NCBI GenBank assembly: GCA_964016885.1
Contig: OZ024750.1
Coordinates: 30,132,001-30,196,000, forward strand
Source of the DNA: Eledone cirrhosa
Lineage: Eukaryota
Reading direction: 5' to 3'
DNA length: 64,000 nt
Shown here: piece after piece, positions 1 to 13,309 of the stretch
How positions within the stretch are numbered: position 1 is the first letter of the stretch
How the letters are laid out: each line of letters opens with the position of its first letter
Made by a program: the position numbers and the translations under genes
The notes under the pieces: generated by a model
Database searches by the model: none
Told to the model about the DNA's origin: nothing
Seen by the model: the letters and a program-made list of their open reading frames with translations, nothing else

Positions 1-3000
1 GGGGGAGCGGGAGGAGGAAGTGCTAGAAATGACAGTAAGGATGTGGAGAAGGGGGAGCAGGAGGAGGAAGTGCTAGAAATGACAGTAAGGATGTGGAGAA
101 GGGGGAGCAGGAGGAGGAAGTGCTAGAAATGAGAGTAAGGATGTGGAGAAGGGGGAGCAGGAGGAGGAAGTGCTAGAAATGAGAGTAAGGATGTGGAGAA
201 GAGGGAGGGGGAGGAGGAAGTGCTAGAAATAACAGTAAGGATGTGGAGAAGAGGGAGGGGGAGGAGGAAGTGCTAGAAATAACAGTAAGGATGTGGAGAA
301 GGGGGAGCAGGAGGAGGAAGTGCTAGAAATGAGAGTAAGGATGTGGAGAAGGGGGAGGGGGAGGAGGAAGTGCTAGAAATGACAGTAAGGATGTGGAGAA
401 GGGGGAGCGGGAGGAGGAAGTGCTAGAAATGACAGTAAGGATGTGGAGAAGGGGGAGCAGGAGGAGGAAGTGCTAGAAATGAGAGTAAGGATGTGGAGAA
501 GGGGGAGCGGGAGGAGGAAGTGCTAGAAATGAGAGTAAGGATGTGGAGAAGAGGGAGGGGGAGGAGGAATTGCTAGAAATGACAGTAAGGATGTGGAGAA
601 GAGGGAGGGGGAGGAGGAAGTGCTAGAAATGAGAGTAAGGATGTGGAGAAGGGGGAGCAGGAGGAGGAAGTGCTAGAAATGACAGTAGGGATGTGGAGAA
701 GGGGGAGCAGGAGGAGGAAGTGCTAGAAATGAGAGTAAGGATGTGGAGAAGGGGGAGAAGGAGGAGGAAGTGCTAGAAATGAGAGTAAGGATGTGGAGAA
801 GGGGGAGAAGGAGGAGGAAGTGCTAGAAATGAGAGTAAGGATGTGGAGAAGGGGGAGCAGGAGGAGGAAGTGCTAGAAATGAGAGTAAGGATGTGGAGAA
901 GGGGGAGCAGGAGGAGGAAGTGCTAGAAATAACAGTAAGGATGTGGAGAAGAGGGAGGGGGAGGAGGAGGAGGAAGTGCTAGAAATGACAGTAAGGGTGT
1001 GGAGAAGGGGGAGCAGGAGGAGGAAGTGCTAGAAATGACAGTAGGGATGTGGAGAAGGGGGAGCAGGAGGAGGAAGTGCTAGAAATGAGAGTAAGGATGT
1101 GGAGAAGGGGGAGAAGGAGGAGGAAGTGCTAGAAATGACAGTAAGGATGTGGAGAAGAGGGAGGGGGAGGAGGAAGTGCTAGAAATGACAGTAAGGGTGT
1201 GGAGAAGGGGGAGCAGGAGGAGGAAGTGCTAGAAATGACAGTAGGGATGTGGAGAAGGGGGAGCAGGAGGAGGAAGTGCTAGAAATGAGAGTAAGGATGT
1301 GGAGAAGAGGGAGGGGGAGGAGGAAGTGCTAGAAATGACAGTAAGGATGTGGAGAAGGGGGAGCAGGAGGAGGAAGTGCTAGAAATGAGAGTAAGGATGT
1401 GGAGAAGAGGGAGGGGGAGGAGGAAGTGCTAGAAATGACAGTAGGGATGTGGAGAAGGGGGAGCAGGAGGAGGAAGTGCTAGAAATGAGAGTAAGGATGT
1501 GGAGAAGAGGGAGGGGGAGGAGGAAGTGCTAGAAATGACAGTAAGGGTGTGGAGAAGGGGGAGCAGGAGGAGGAAGTGCTAGAAATGACAGTAGGGATGT
1601 GGAGAAGGGGGAGCAGGAGGAGGAAGTGCTAGAAATGAGAGTAAGGATGTGGAGAAGAGGGAGGGGGAGGAGGAAGTGCTAGAAATGACAGTAGGGATGT
1701 GGAGAAGGGGGAGCAGGAGAAGGAAGTGCTAGAAATGACAGTAGGGATGTGGAGAAGGGGGAGCAGGAGGAGGAAGTGCTAGAAATGACAGTAGGGATGT
1801 GGAGAAGGGGGAGCAGGAGGAGGAAGTGCTAGAAATGAGAGTAGGGATGTGGAGAAGGGGGAGCAGGAGGAGGAAGTGCTAGAAATGAGAGTAAGGATGT
1901 GGAGAAGAGGGAGGGGGAGGAGGAAGTGCTAGAAATGACAGTAAGGGTGTGGAGAAGGGGGAGCAGGAGGAGGAAGTGCTAGAAATGACAGTAGGGATGT
2001 GGAGAAGGGGGAGCAGGAGGAGGAAGTGCTAGAAATGAGAGTAAGGATGTGGAGAAGGGGGAGAAGGAGGAGGAAGTGCTAGAAATGAGAGTAAGGATGT
2101 GGAGAAGGGGGAGAAGGAGGAGGAAGTGCTAGAAATGACAGTAGGGATGTGGAGAAGGGGGAGAAGGAGGAGGAAGTGCTAGAAATGACAGTAAGGGTGT
2201 GGAGAAGGGGGAGCAGGAGAAGGAAGTGCTAGAAATGACAGTAGGGATGTGGAGAAGGGGGAGCAGGAGGAGGAAGTGCTAGAAATGACAGTAAGGATGT
2301 GGAGAAGGGGGAGCAGGAGGAGGAAGTGCTAGAAATGAGAGTAAGGATGTGGAGAAGAGGGAGGGGGAGGAGGAAGTGCTAGAAATGACAGTAGGGATGT
2401 GGAGAAGGGGGAGCAGGAGAAGGAAGTGCTAGAAATGACAGTAGGGATGTGGAGAAGGGGGAGCAGGAGGAGGAAGTGCTAGAAATGAGAGTAAGGATGT
2501 GGAGAAGAGGGAGGGGGAGGAGGAAGTGCTAGAAATGACAGTAGGGATGTGGAGAAGGGGGAGCAGGAGGAGGAAGTGCTAGAAATGACAGTAGGGATGT
2601 GGAGAAGGGGGAGCAGGAGGAGGAAGTGCTAGAAATGAGAGTAAGGATGTGGAGAAGAGGGAGGGGGAGGAGGAAGTGCTAGAAATGACAGTAGGGATGT
2701 GGAGAAGGGGGAGCAGGAGAAGGAAGTGCTAGAAATGACAGTAGGGATGTGGAGAAGGGGGAGCAGGAGGAGGAAGTGCTAGAAATGAGAGTAAGGATGT
2801 GGAGAAGAGGGAGGGGGAGGAGGAAGTGCTAGAAATGACAGTAGGGATGTGGAGAAGGGGGAGCAGGAGAAGGAAGTGCTAGAAATGACAGTAGGGATGT
2901 GGAGAAGGGGGAGCAGGAGGAGGAAGTGCTAGAAATGAGAGTAAGGATGTGGAGAAGAGGGAGGGGGAGGAGGAAGTGCTAGAAATGACAGTAAGGATGT

Positions 3001-3212
3001 GGAGAAGGGGGAGCAGGAGGAGGAAGTGCTAGAAATGACAGTAAGGATGTGGAGAAGAGGGAGGGGGAGGAGGAGGAAGTGCTAGAAATGACAGTAGGGA
3101 TGTGGAGAAGGGGGGGGGGGCAGGAGGAGGAAGTGCTAGAAATGACAGTAGGGATGTGGAGAAGGGAGAGCAGGAGGAGGAAGTGCTAGAAATGACAGTA
3201 AGGGTGTGGAGA
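1..3212. repeat. 50-bp purine-rich minisatellite, ~64 copies, continues off the window start
   Basis: Unit GGGGGAGCAGGAGGAGGAAGTGCTAGAAATGACAGTAAGGATGTGGAGAA repeated with a few recurrent variants. Confidence 0.98.
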
Positions 3213-3434
3213 GGATTAAAGTAAGTATTGTTTGCATTGATCTTGGCTCATATCTGGGATTAACTTTAAACAATTGTTCTGCTTTCACAATGGACTCAAC
3301 AGAAGGAGGAGAGGGAAGGAGGAGGAAGAGGGAGAGAGTAGTAGAAGAAGTAGGAAGAGGAAGAGGAAAAGAAGAGGAAGAAGAAGAATCGTTGATAGAA
3401 AGTAAAGAGAACTATGAACAATATGAAAAGATCT

Positions 3435-3732
3435 TAACCATTGTGATACCAACCGACCCAGACAAAACGGCCTCTGTTTCTATGGATCAAAACCATCCAT
3501 TCCTCTTTAACCCTTCCATTACCATATTTCCAATGTATTTTAGTTAAGAATTTCGAGGGATTTAATTAAAATTATTAATTATTTCATTATTAAGAAGGTG
3601 TTTGAAACTTAAAAGATTTTTATATCAAATTATGTTGGAAAATTTCAATTTTAATAGGAACCCTTTAAAGTGGGGGATTTTGTTTGACAGATACAAAGGA
3701 AGTTTTAGGTAAGTCAGTATCAAAAGGGTTAG
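3435..3732. mobile_element. Degenerate piggyBac-like MITE (family 2)
   Basis: Left end TTAACCATTGTGATAC is an imperfect inverted repeat of right end GTATCAAAAGGGTTAG. Related ends near 32237 and 49100-49203. Confidence 0.5.
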
Positions 3733-4030
3733 ATTAGAGTAGGATGGTATCAAAAGGGTTAGATTAGGGTATGTTGACATCAAAAGGATTACATTAGGGT
3801 AGCACAGTATCAAAAGAGTTACATTGGGGTAGGATGGTATCAAAAGGGTTAGATTAGGGTAGGGCAGTATCAAAAGGGTTAGATTAGGGTAGGGCAGTAT
3901 TAAAAGGGTTAGATTAAGGTAAGGAAGTATCAAAAGGGTTAGATTAAGGTAAGGAAGTATCAAAAGGGTTAGATTAGAATAGGATGGTATCAAAAGGGTT
4001 AGATTAGGGTATGTTGATATCAAAAGGGTA
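3705..4030. repeat. 30-bp minisatellite, ~11 copies
   Basis: Unit GTATCAAAAGGGTTAGATTAGGGTAGGGCA. Confidence 0.95.
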
Positions 4031-4659
4031 TCAGCAGCAGTGACGAACATATCTTATCCTTCTTTCCCTAACTAAAGCTGATACAAGAGAATCTATCCAT
4101 ATAGTTCTTCTTTCAAGGAATGCTGCTTCCAGAACCTGTTCAGTGCTATATGTAACAATGGGTGTATGTCTTGCCAAGTTTGTTCTCTAACCTTTGTGTC
4201 CTTATCCATGCTGAAGAACCATATAAAAGAACTGACTCAACTACAGCTCTGAAACTGCCCCTGGTTCTATGATACTAAACTGTTTCTTTTTAATTGTTTA
4301 CATTTATCTAAAAATATTCCATCATGTCTCCCCTTTGTTTTATTTTACTCCATCTTGTTTTTATGCCAAGATGGAGTAAAATATAAAGAGGAGATACTGA
4401 GTAACATTCTGTCATAATATCTTTGTAAAAACCTTTATGGAGTTATGTTTCAAACGCCAGCTTAACAGCGAGAAATTTAGTTATTACTAATTCCTGGTAG
4501 ATTGTTGATTATTTAAAAAATATATATGAATTAATTTATTAAGGAATATATCATGTAAATACAGTTTAATAGAACAATAAAAAAACAAAATTTAGATTGA
4601 GAAGGAAGAATGGAATGTAAAATAGAAAAATATAAAGAAAAAAGAAAAAAAAACAACCA

Positions 4660-4915
4660 AAAAGGGAAGGAATGGCAACGACTGAAGTGTTGCAGAAGAA
4701 TGGGGAAGGTGAGGGTGATTGGGTTCTGGGCCCAGAGTACAATGGTAAAGGGGGTGCGCTCCGAGGGTAAGACCACAAAAGCATTCACCTGGACAATGGC
4801 AAGTGACACCTGCTGCAACAGCCACCCCACCTCGCGGGGCTCCTTCCTCAGACTGGCCACCAACGTTCCGACCTTGCGGAAGAGCTCGACTGTATGGCGT
4901 CCAATATTTGAAAAG
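4660..4915 (-). mobile_element. CRE-clade (RLE) non-LTR retrotransposon 3' fragment
   Basis: Minus strand translates IGRHTVELFRKVGTLVASLRKEPREVGWLLQQVSLAIVQVNAF, resembling the CRE C-terminal motif EPR..FLFQRLSIAIQRGNA. Confidence 0.7.
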
Positions 4916-4999
4916 TATGGGCAGTGATTTTCAAGAGAAATACTACGTTAAAAGTGTTAAGTAAGCTGACTAATATTTAAATATGCATGCATCCAATTG

Positions 5000-5350
5000 T
5001 AACTCCTGATGGAGTTGTAGAGGCACTGTAGTGGAATACAGCATCCGTGGGGTGTTTTAAGCCTGGTGGAGCCCATCCCTAGGGTGTTTTAAGCCTGGTG
5101 GAGCCCATCCCTTTCCATGTCTGAACACAGCAGATTTCTTCCAGAGAAGGATAAAAAGTGAAAGAGAAGAAAGATATATATATAGAGAAAGAACCGACCC
5201 CAGTACTGAACTGGTACTTTGATCATCAAACTCGAAGGGATGAAAAACAAAGTTGACCCCAGCGGGATTTGAACTCAGAAAGCAGAGAGCTGGAACAAAT
5301 ACGACAAAGCACTTTATCCACCGTTCTAATGACTCTGCCAATTTATCACC
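5000..5350 (-). mobile_element. SINE family C (family B-like core plus long tail)
   Basis: Shares the TGAGTTCAAATCC..TTTCATCC core. Homologous copies at 7590-7900(+), 32305-33945(-, interrupted), 49385-49690(-), 54455-55045(-). Confidence 0.7.
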
Positions 5351-5679
5351 TAATATTTAAATATATTTACAACCAAAACAGAAGTAACTCTGTAACCTAG
5401 ACAAGAAATATTTTCCCATGCTTACATGAATGGAATATTTTTTATTGAAGCAACTGCTCTTCCTATTGTTAACCATTCAACCATGAAAAGTAAAACCTGT
5501 TTTATATCGGTCAGACAAAATGAAGTAATGTGAAGACATGTGCTTTACACAGCACAATAGCTGTACTAATAGTTGAAATATCTGGTTAATATACAGATTT
5601 ATGAAAGATATTTTGTTGTTGAGATCATAAGATAGAAACATGTATAGAGTTATCTCCTGTACTTGCTGAAATAATTATT

Positions 5680-5866
5680 AATAATTGTTTCTACTTTAGG
5701 CACAAGGCCAACAATTACCCAGTACATTACTGGTACTTTATTTTATCGACCCCGTAAGGATGAAAGGCAAAGTTAACTTCAGTGGGATTTGAACTCAGAA
5801 TGGCAAGGGTTGTAACTCTATATGTCAAAGTATGGCGTCCAACCCTCTACCGATACTGCCAATCCA
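5680..5866 (-). mobile_element. SINE family B (representative of >20 copies or fragments)
   Basis: B-box-like GAGTTCAAATCC, core GCCTTTCATCCTTACGGGGTCGATAAAATAAAGTACCAG, tail GTAGAAACAATTATT. Other copies e.g. 16343-16530, 22320-22730, 34390-34765, 44170-44360, 53960-54325. Confidence 0.85.
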
Positions 5867-6207
5867 ATTATTAATAATATTAGTTACTGACCAATATCAA
5901 TCCATAATGATTTCTAATTAGCTATTTACTGTTACCTGCAAGACATGCTGTGATTGTACATACAAGTAAATCTATATGATAAGTGCACAAGTGTGACTGT
6001 ATGATGTGTACATTCAGACAAGTGTTTCTGCATGATGTGGTCACCCTCCTATGACTGCTGTTGCCATGAGTTGTCACTGATGTTAGTGCATAGGTGTGCC
6101 CACAAATTTACTTGACATATGTGAAACTAAATCTCTGGGTGTGAGTCCACCTCTCTGTCATGCCATCAATGTAGTCTTTCTTTTATTGCGAGAGATTTGC
6201 TGCATGT

Positions 6208-6559
6208 TTAACCCTTTAGCATTTAAACCGGCCAGAATACTCTCACCTCTTTCTGTTCAAACTGGTTGAAACTTGTTACTCGTACTGATGTTAACATATT
6301 GTTCTCAAAATAAATAATATCAAAATCTCATAGATTCGATATTATGTGAGGTAAAGTCTTTACTGCGAATATACAATAGTATATATAGAGTAATTGTTTC
6401 TATTTCAGGCACAAGGCCAGCAATTACCCAGTGCATTACTGGTACTTTATTTTATCGACCCCGTAAGGATGAAAGGCAAAGTCAACCTCGGCGGGATTTG
6501 AACTCAGTATATATAGTATATATAGTATATATAGAGTAATGTAAATGACAAAGGGTTAA
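6208..6559. mobile_element. piggyBac-type MITE (family 1) with nested SINE B
   Basis: TTAA-CCCTTTAGCATTTA ... TAAATGACAAAGGG-TTAA. SINE B at ~6395-6507 is flanked by duplicated AGTATATATAGAGTAAT. Confidence 0.85.
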
Positions 6560-7024
6560 GTATATGCAGTTGTATGTACACACAAACACCCATATGTATA
6601 CACTATATCATTGTGTAGTTCAATTTGGATGTAAGTGTATTTCAGAAAAGAATCTATTATTTGCCATGTTCTCAAGAGAATTGCTTGGGTATACATATTT
6701 AGAGTTATTAGTGCAAAACTAACAAATATCTTATATAAATAACAAAGATATATTTTTTTTTCAGATCTATTGCAGATCTATAGCATATTTTCCCAGGTAT
6801 TTCGTGCCTGGATACAATAGGAATAATAAATAAACAAATAAAATAATTAATTCTATTTTGTTAGTTAATTCTAGGTTAGTGTATAATAATAATTAGTTTT
6901 AAGTTAGAGTATAATAAAGCTACAGGTCATTTGTGTCTCATGAAAGCATTTTTAAAACTGGGAATATTTCATATCAATCCTATTTGGAACATTAAATATT
7001 CAACACTCTGATGAATAATAAATA

Positions 7025-7510
7025 ATGTGACACTTCTATGGCCATAGTTGTTGTTGTTGTTTTAGCTGCTGGTCAGTTCTGACTGAGCTGTGTCACTTCT
7101 ATGGTTGTTGTTGTTGTTAGCTGCTGGTCAGTCCTGACTGAGCTGTGTCATTTCTATGGTTGTTGTTGTTGTTGATGCTGTTGTTGTTGATGTTGTTAGA
7201 TGCTGGTCAGTTCTGACTGAGCTGTGTCATTTCTATGGTTGTTGTTGTTGTTGATGTTGTTAGCTGCTGGTCAGTTCTGACTAAGTTGTGTCACTTGTAT
7301 GGCTGTTGTTGTTAGCTGCTGGTCAGTTCTGACTGAGCTGTGTCATTTCTATGGTTGTTGTTGTTGTTGTTAGATGCTGGTCAGTTCTGACTGAGCTGTG
7401 TCATTTCTATGGTTGTTGTTGTTGTTGATGTTGTTAGCTGCTGGTCAGTTCTGACTAAGCTGTGTCACTTCTATGGCCATTGTTGTTAGTTCCAGGTCAG
7501 TCCTAACTAA
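7025..7510. repeat. Minisatellite of ~52-70 bp units with variable internal (GTT)n
   Basis: GTGTCA(C/T)TTCTATGG(TTG)n..AGCTGCTGGTCAGTTCTGACTGAGCT, about 8 units. Confidence 0.9.
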
Positions 7511-7947
7511 GCAAGTCTATAATCAACACCACTCTAGCCATGACCAAGCCATCATTTCTTTTATTTTAGGGGTGGGTATTGTGTCAGGTGGAGAATTGGG
7601 AGAGTCGTCAGAACATTGGATAGAATGCTTGCCGTATTTATTCCAACTCTCTGAGTTCAAATCTTGCCAAGGTCAACTTTGCCATTCATCCTTTCGAGTT
7701 CGATAAAAAAGATACCACTTTTTTTTTTTATCGATTCTTTCTTTATAGTCTTTTCTCACTTTCTATCTTTCTCTGGAAGAAATCTGCTGTGTTCAGGCAT
7801 GGAGAGGGATGTCCTCAACCAGGCTTAAAGTGCCCTAGAATCCCAGTAAAGCCACTACAGTACCCTACAGCTCCATCAGAAGTTATGGGACCATGCATGC
7901 ATACATTGTGTATATGGGGTCCCTGTATTTCTTGTAAAACCATAGAT

Positions 7948-8158
7948 CTGCATCTAGAAATTCCAGACACAGGCCTAGGCGAGATGTTTTATAAGAAACC
8001 GGCAATTGCCAATACACTCTGCATCTAGAAATTCCAGACACAGGCCTAGCTGAGATGTTTTATAGGAAACCGGCAATTGCCAATACACTCTGCATCTAGA
8101 AATTCCAGACACAGGCCTAGCTGAGATGTTTTATAGGAAACCGGCAATTGCCAATACA
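7948..8158. repeat. 71-bp tandem triplication
   Basis: CTGCATCTAGAAATTCCAGACACAGGCCTAG...GCCAATACACT x3. Confidence 0.9.
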
Positions 8159-8902
8159 CACAAGTCTCCCCTCCTTTCTTCAGTTTAATTTCTTCTAAGT
8201 ACATCAGTTACACTACATACCTCAGTCAGTTTAACTGTCTATCTATAGTTATCTATTTATGTATGGTTATCAATGTCTCTTTCTTCATAGAAGAATAACA
8301 ATAACAGCAACAACAGAGCACCACAAATCCCAACAGCAGTCAGAAGACAGGCAGATACATTGGTAGAACAAAGACATCATAATATAGTAAATATATGTTT
8401 GATAATTATTAAAGAAAATATGGAAAAGAATTTTTGCAATTGATATAAATGAATCATCATCATGATTTTTACATCCATTTTTCCACACGTGCATGGGTTG
8501 GACAGGTCCTTCACAACCCAGCATCTCTCCACTATTTTTGACAGGTAACCAAAGTAAAAGCATAACTGTTTTAGTCCGTTCCATTCCACCAATAATTGCC
8601 TCAGAAATATTATCTTTTACCCAATTTTGCTGTCTGGTGAAATAACAATATCAATCATCATTGAAATATGTATAATGGCTCCATTAATAAAGGACTCCAT
8701 AACATCTACAACTTCGCATTTTCCTCATTCTAAATATACTCCATCATCCTTATTTTGAAGAAGTAATATGACGTTGAGTGCTTGAAGTGAATTACATCCT
8801 TATCTAGCAAATATATATATAGACTATCCGGGAGATTCCAACAGTAATGGTTGCATTCTTTAAGGGTATGTCAATATTTATTTATAAAACTGCTCTATAT
8901 TA

Positions 8903-8967
8903 TATTTTATCTGATGAAAGCACACCATAATTTAACTTCGTGTCTTTGAAATATGTATAATGAAATA
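8903..8967 (+). ncRNA. Minimal type I hammerhead ribozyme motif (family H1) in Penelope-like remnant ~8815-9100
   Basis: TATTTTAT-CTGATGA-stem II-GAAA-TATGTA-TA-ATGAAATA. Confidence 0.75.
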
Positions 8968-9114
8968 AATATGGTTTTATAAATATAGTTTCCATTTGTT
9001 AATATCGTATTTTTACTTCAATAATTTGTTGAGTGCTTTATATCAGTTATAAAAATATTTGCTTGTTGTATCCCAACAATTTAAATAGAACTTTTACATA
9101 TATATATATATATA

Positions 9115-9305
9115 TAGGAAAAAGTATGACCCCGACGGCAGAGCTCATGCCGCTTGACGGCTATTTCTGGACTCCTATTTCAGTCCAGAAATAGCCGTCG
9201 AAACGGCTTCAGCTCTGCCGTATAATTTTTCCTATTACCCACTCTACTACCCCAAGTATTGAGTACTCTGGTGCGTTATGGTCCATCTGGTTCCTTACCA
9301 CATTT
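9115..9305 (+). mobile_element. Fold-back element (family F), (TA)n-flanked
   Basis: Internal inverted repeat GACGGCTATTTCTGGAC/GTCCAGAAATAGCCGTC followed by GAAACGGC. Homologs at 17215-17400 and 19450-19650. Confidence 0.7.
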
Positions 9306-9379
9306 ACTTTGTTATATATATATATATATATATAAAATAACAGAAGGCTGGACTGGTGCAATTCCCCAAAAGGTCTATT

Positions 9380-9437
9380 ATACCATGATCATTTCAATGA
9401 CCGGGTTCAGCATGAATCCGGTGACATCATCAGGCAC
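9380..9437 (-). ncRNA. Degenerate hammerhead-like motif (family H2)
   Basis: Minus strand GTGC-CTGATGA-[ACCGGATTCA/TGAACCCGGT hairpin]-GAAA-TGATCA (palindrome)-TG-GTAT. The cleavage position is G, which is non-canonical. Confidence 0.5.
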
Positions 9438-9635
9438 TCGAAACACAACAAAGGAATACAATAGACAAAACCCATGGGGCTGAAAACCAGAGACACGAGG
9501 GCGACCGAACATTTAGCAGCTTCTACTCCGGTCGGCCGCCCTCAAGTCTGTGTGTGTGTGTGTGTGTATATATATATACACACACACACACACACATACA
9601 CACACACATGTATTGGCTTCTCTTTCTCTGATGTA

Positions 9636-10143
<508 letters not shown>

Positions 10144-11034
10144 GACGATGATGATATATATGGTATTTCCACTATTTCCATGATGTCAGAAAATAAAGAA
10201 TTATTGTCACAGCAGGATAGCTATTGAATAAATGCTGCCAATGGTTTTACACTCAAACAATCTCTTTTTCGTGTTCAACAGTAATTGCAAGTTGGTATAT
10301 AATAGATTTATATAGTATAAAGTAGTGTGACATAGTACTGAGACACAGCTGGTATATGGTAGTGTGACATGGTATATAGTAGAGTAACAGGAAGAATTTC
10401 AGTCAACCCATGCCAAGATGGCAAAATAACAATGATGATATATTTATGTGTATGTGTGTATATATATATATGTGTGTGTATATCATCATCATCATCGTCG
10501 ATTAACTTCTATCTTCCACGCTAGCATTGGTTAGACGGGTTTGTCCCAATTAGAGGCAAGTTGGGTCGGGTGACCGTGTCTCGCTCATATAGGAGAATTT
10601 CTGGCTGGTTTTCTACAGCTGGATGCCCTCCTAACGCCAACCACATTGACAGTGTGTGCTGGGTACTTTTTGTCGTGACACCTACACGATCACTTTACAG
10701 TGGGCTGGATGTTCTTTACAGTGAGGACTGGGCACCTTTGTTCTGTCACAGACACAACACAGTGGTGACTAGGGAGGGTGGAGGGGCTGGGGGGGGATGT
10801 AGTCAGGGTAGTAGGGGAGGTATATATATATATATATATATTACCCTCGCCAAAATTGTGCCTCTTAAAGGCGATGACACAGGACCAAGTTCTCTGGCGT
10901 TATGCAGTAATACAGAAGACCTGAATTCCCATGGGTACAGACTGTAGCTGAAGCATATATATAGCATCCACCAAGCCACCCCTCCCCACCCACTTGCATG
11001 AGGACAAGCTGAAGTATATATCCAGCGAAACCTC

Positions 11035-12022
11035 CAGCCCACACTGTAAAGTGGTCATGATGGCGATACGACAGAAATTGCCCAGCCCACACTGTAAAGT
11101 GGACATTGGCGACACAACAGAAAGTGCCCAGTCCACACTGTAAAGTGGACATTGGCGACACAACAGAAAGTGCCCAGTCCACACTGTAAAGTGGACATTG
11201 GCGATACAACAGAAAGTGCCCAGCCCACACTGTAAAGTGGACATTGGCGACACAACAGAAAGTGCCCAGTCCACACTGTAAAGTGGACATTGGCGATACG
11301 ACAGAAATTGCCCAGCCCACACTGTAAAGTGGACATTGGCGACACAACAGAAAGTGCCCAGTCCACACTGTAAAGTGGACATTGGCGACACAACAGAAAG
11401 TGCCCAGTCTACACTGTAAAGTGGACATTGGCGATACGACAGAAAGTGCCCAGCCCACACTGTAAAGTGGACATTGGCGATATGACAGAAAGTGCCCAGC
11501 CCACACTGTAAAGTGGACATTGGCGACACAACAGAAAGTGCCCAGTCCACACTGTAAAGTGGACATTGGCGATACGACAGAAATTGCCCAGCCCACACTG
11601 TAAAGTGGACATTGGCGACACAACAGAAAGTGCCCAGTCCACACTGTAAAGTGGACATTGGCGACACAACAGAAAGTGCCCAGTCTACACTGTAAAGTGG
11701 ACATTGGCGATACGACAGAAAGTGCCCAGCCCACACTGTAAAGTGGACATTGGCGATATGACAGAAAGTGCCCAGCCTACACTGTAAAGTGGACATTGGC
11801 GATACGACAGAAAGTGCCCAGCCCACACTGTAAAGTGGACATTGGCGATACGACAGAAAGTGCCCAGCCCACATTGTAAAGTGGACATTGGCGATATGAC
11901 AGAAAGTGCCCAGCCCACACTGTAAAGTGGACATTGGCGATACGACAGAAAGTGCCCAGCCCACATTGTAAAGTGGACATTGGCGATACGACAGAAAGTG
12001 CCCAGTCCACACTGTAAAGTGG
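11035..12022 (+). repeat. 46-bp VNTR (~21 copies) expanded within a SINE A-like copy that continues to ~12220
   Basis: Unit CCCAGCCCACACTGTAAAGTGGACATTGGCGATACGACAGAAAGTG, followed by GGAAGGGCATCCAGCCGTAGA and the SINE tail. Confidence 0.93.
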
Positions 12023-12223
12023 TCGTATAGGTGTCACAACAATAAGCATCTAGCACACTCTGTAGATGTGGCTGGTGACAGGAAGGGCATCCAGCCGTAG
12101 AGACCAAGCCAATATCAGCCCTGCATGAGTGAAACATGATCCTCCGACCAGATCTTTCACAAAAGGACAGCCTGTTCTACCCATGCTAGCTTATAAAATG
12201 GATATTAAACAATGATGATGAGG

Positions 12224-12257
<34 letters not shown>

Positions 12258-12455
12258 TTGGTGCTCGTGAAAAATGAGTCTGGCCAGACAGGGTCATAAG
12301 ACATTCCACCAAACTCTACATCTATGATGCATGTGTCATTGCATCATAGCTGCACATCTCTGAAACATGGACACTCAACTAAAACCACATCTTGATCCTG
12401 GGAAGATTCCAGGAAAGGTCTCTGAGGGGTATTTTGGACATCAGCTGGAAATCAC
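12258..12455 (+). mobile_element. RTE-clade LINE fragment (degenerate)
   Basis: Translates ..STKLYIYDACVIAS*LHISETWTLN*NHILILGRFQERSLRGILDISWK. Confidence 0.7.
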
Positions 12456-12805
12456 TTAAACATGACATGATAAATGCACCTAGTACACTCTGGAGGAGGC
12501 CTTCAGTCTGCATATTGAAGCTCCCCTCATTAGGTATTAGCTGGAAATCACTTAAGCTATTGGGCAGTCAACCCTGAATGTAGATTATATACCCACTCTT
12601 AGTTATTTCATTTATTTTGACACAAATGCTCTAAAGACAGTCATATATGTGACAACCTCTACCTACCTTTATCTCAGAAGTAATTTGGGTTAATCCTGCA
12701 TTGATAAATAGATTATAAATAGTTTTTAGATGTTTGACTCTTTTTATGTCACATGTGAGTTGAATAAATAGAGCAGTCACAAACATACATACACACATAT
12801 ATATA

Positions 12806-12985
12806 CAGTTGTCCCCTGGTATTCACAGAGGTTATGTTCCTAGAGCACTCGTGAAGAGTGAAAAACCGCAAATATTGGACATGGTCCATAAAAATACCTA
12901 TAAACATCAAATTATAACGTAAAATATAATTAAAAAAAGAGGGAGTGTCTTATTCAAAGGCGCGTCGATATAGGCCAGCACACAC
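12806..12985. mobile_element. Tc1/mariner (Tigger/pogo-like) terminal fragment
   Basis: TA-CAGTTGTCCCCTGGTATTCACAGAGGTTATGTTCC resembles a Tigger-type TIR. Confidence 0.45.
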
Positions 12986-13309
12986 ATATATACTGTTGTA
13001 TTTTTATTATACATAAGCATATTGTATATGATTTCATATACCATTCTATTTAAGTGCAACTTTTATTTTTACATCCATCCATACATACATACACACATAT
13101 CCACATATATATATACATACATACATACATAAATACATAAAACCATCCATAAAACCATCCATACATAAAACCATCCATTCATACATGTGCACATATAAAC
13201 AGACATACATACATATTTATACACATACAAACATACATTCCCATATACATATATCCACACATGCACACATACATCCATACACACACACACGTACATGTCA
13301 GTAAGCTTC

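Noticed and set aside
3206-3547. 113-aa ORF
   Set aside because: Spans satellite end, GA-rich tract and MITE; no domain
3705-4030. True telomeric array
   Set aside because: No consecutive TTAGGG run. 30-bp period with TIR-like sequence.
7025-7510. CRISPR-like repeat/spacer appearance (also other arrays)
   Set aside because: Variable parts are (GTT)n length variants, not unique spacers. No cas genes and a eukaryotic context.
6765-8386. Plus-strand exon candidates (6765-6796, 8291-8386; also 18-nt candidates near 21455 and 22150)
   Set aside because: Splice-like signals are common by chance. No recognisable protein or consistent phase chain.
10865-12137. Cys-rich repetitive ORFs
   Set aside because: Translation of the 46-bp SINE-derived VNTR
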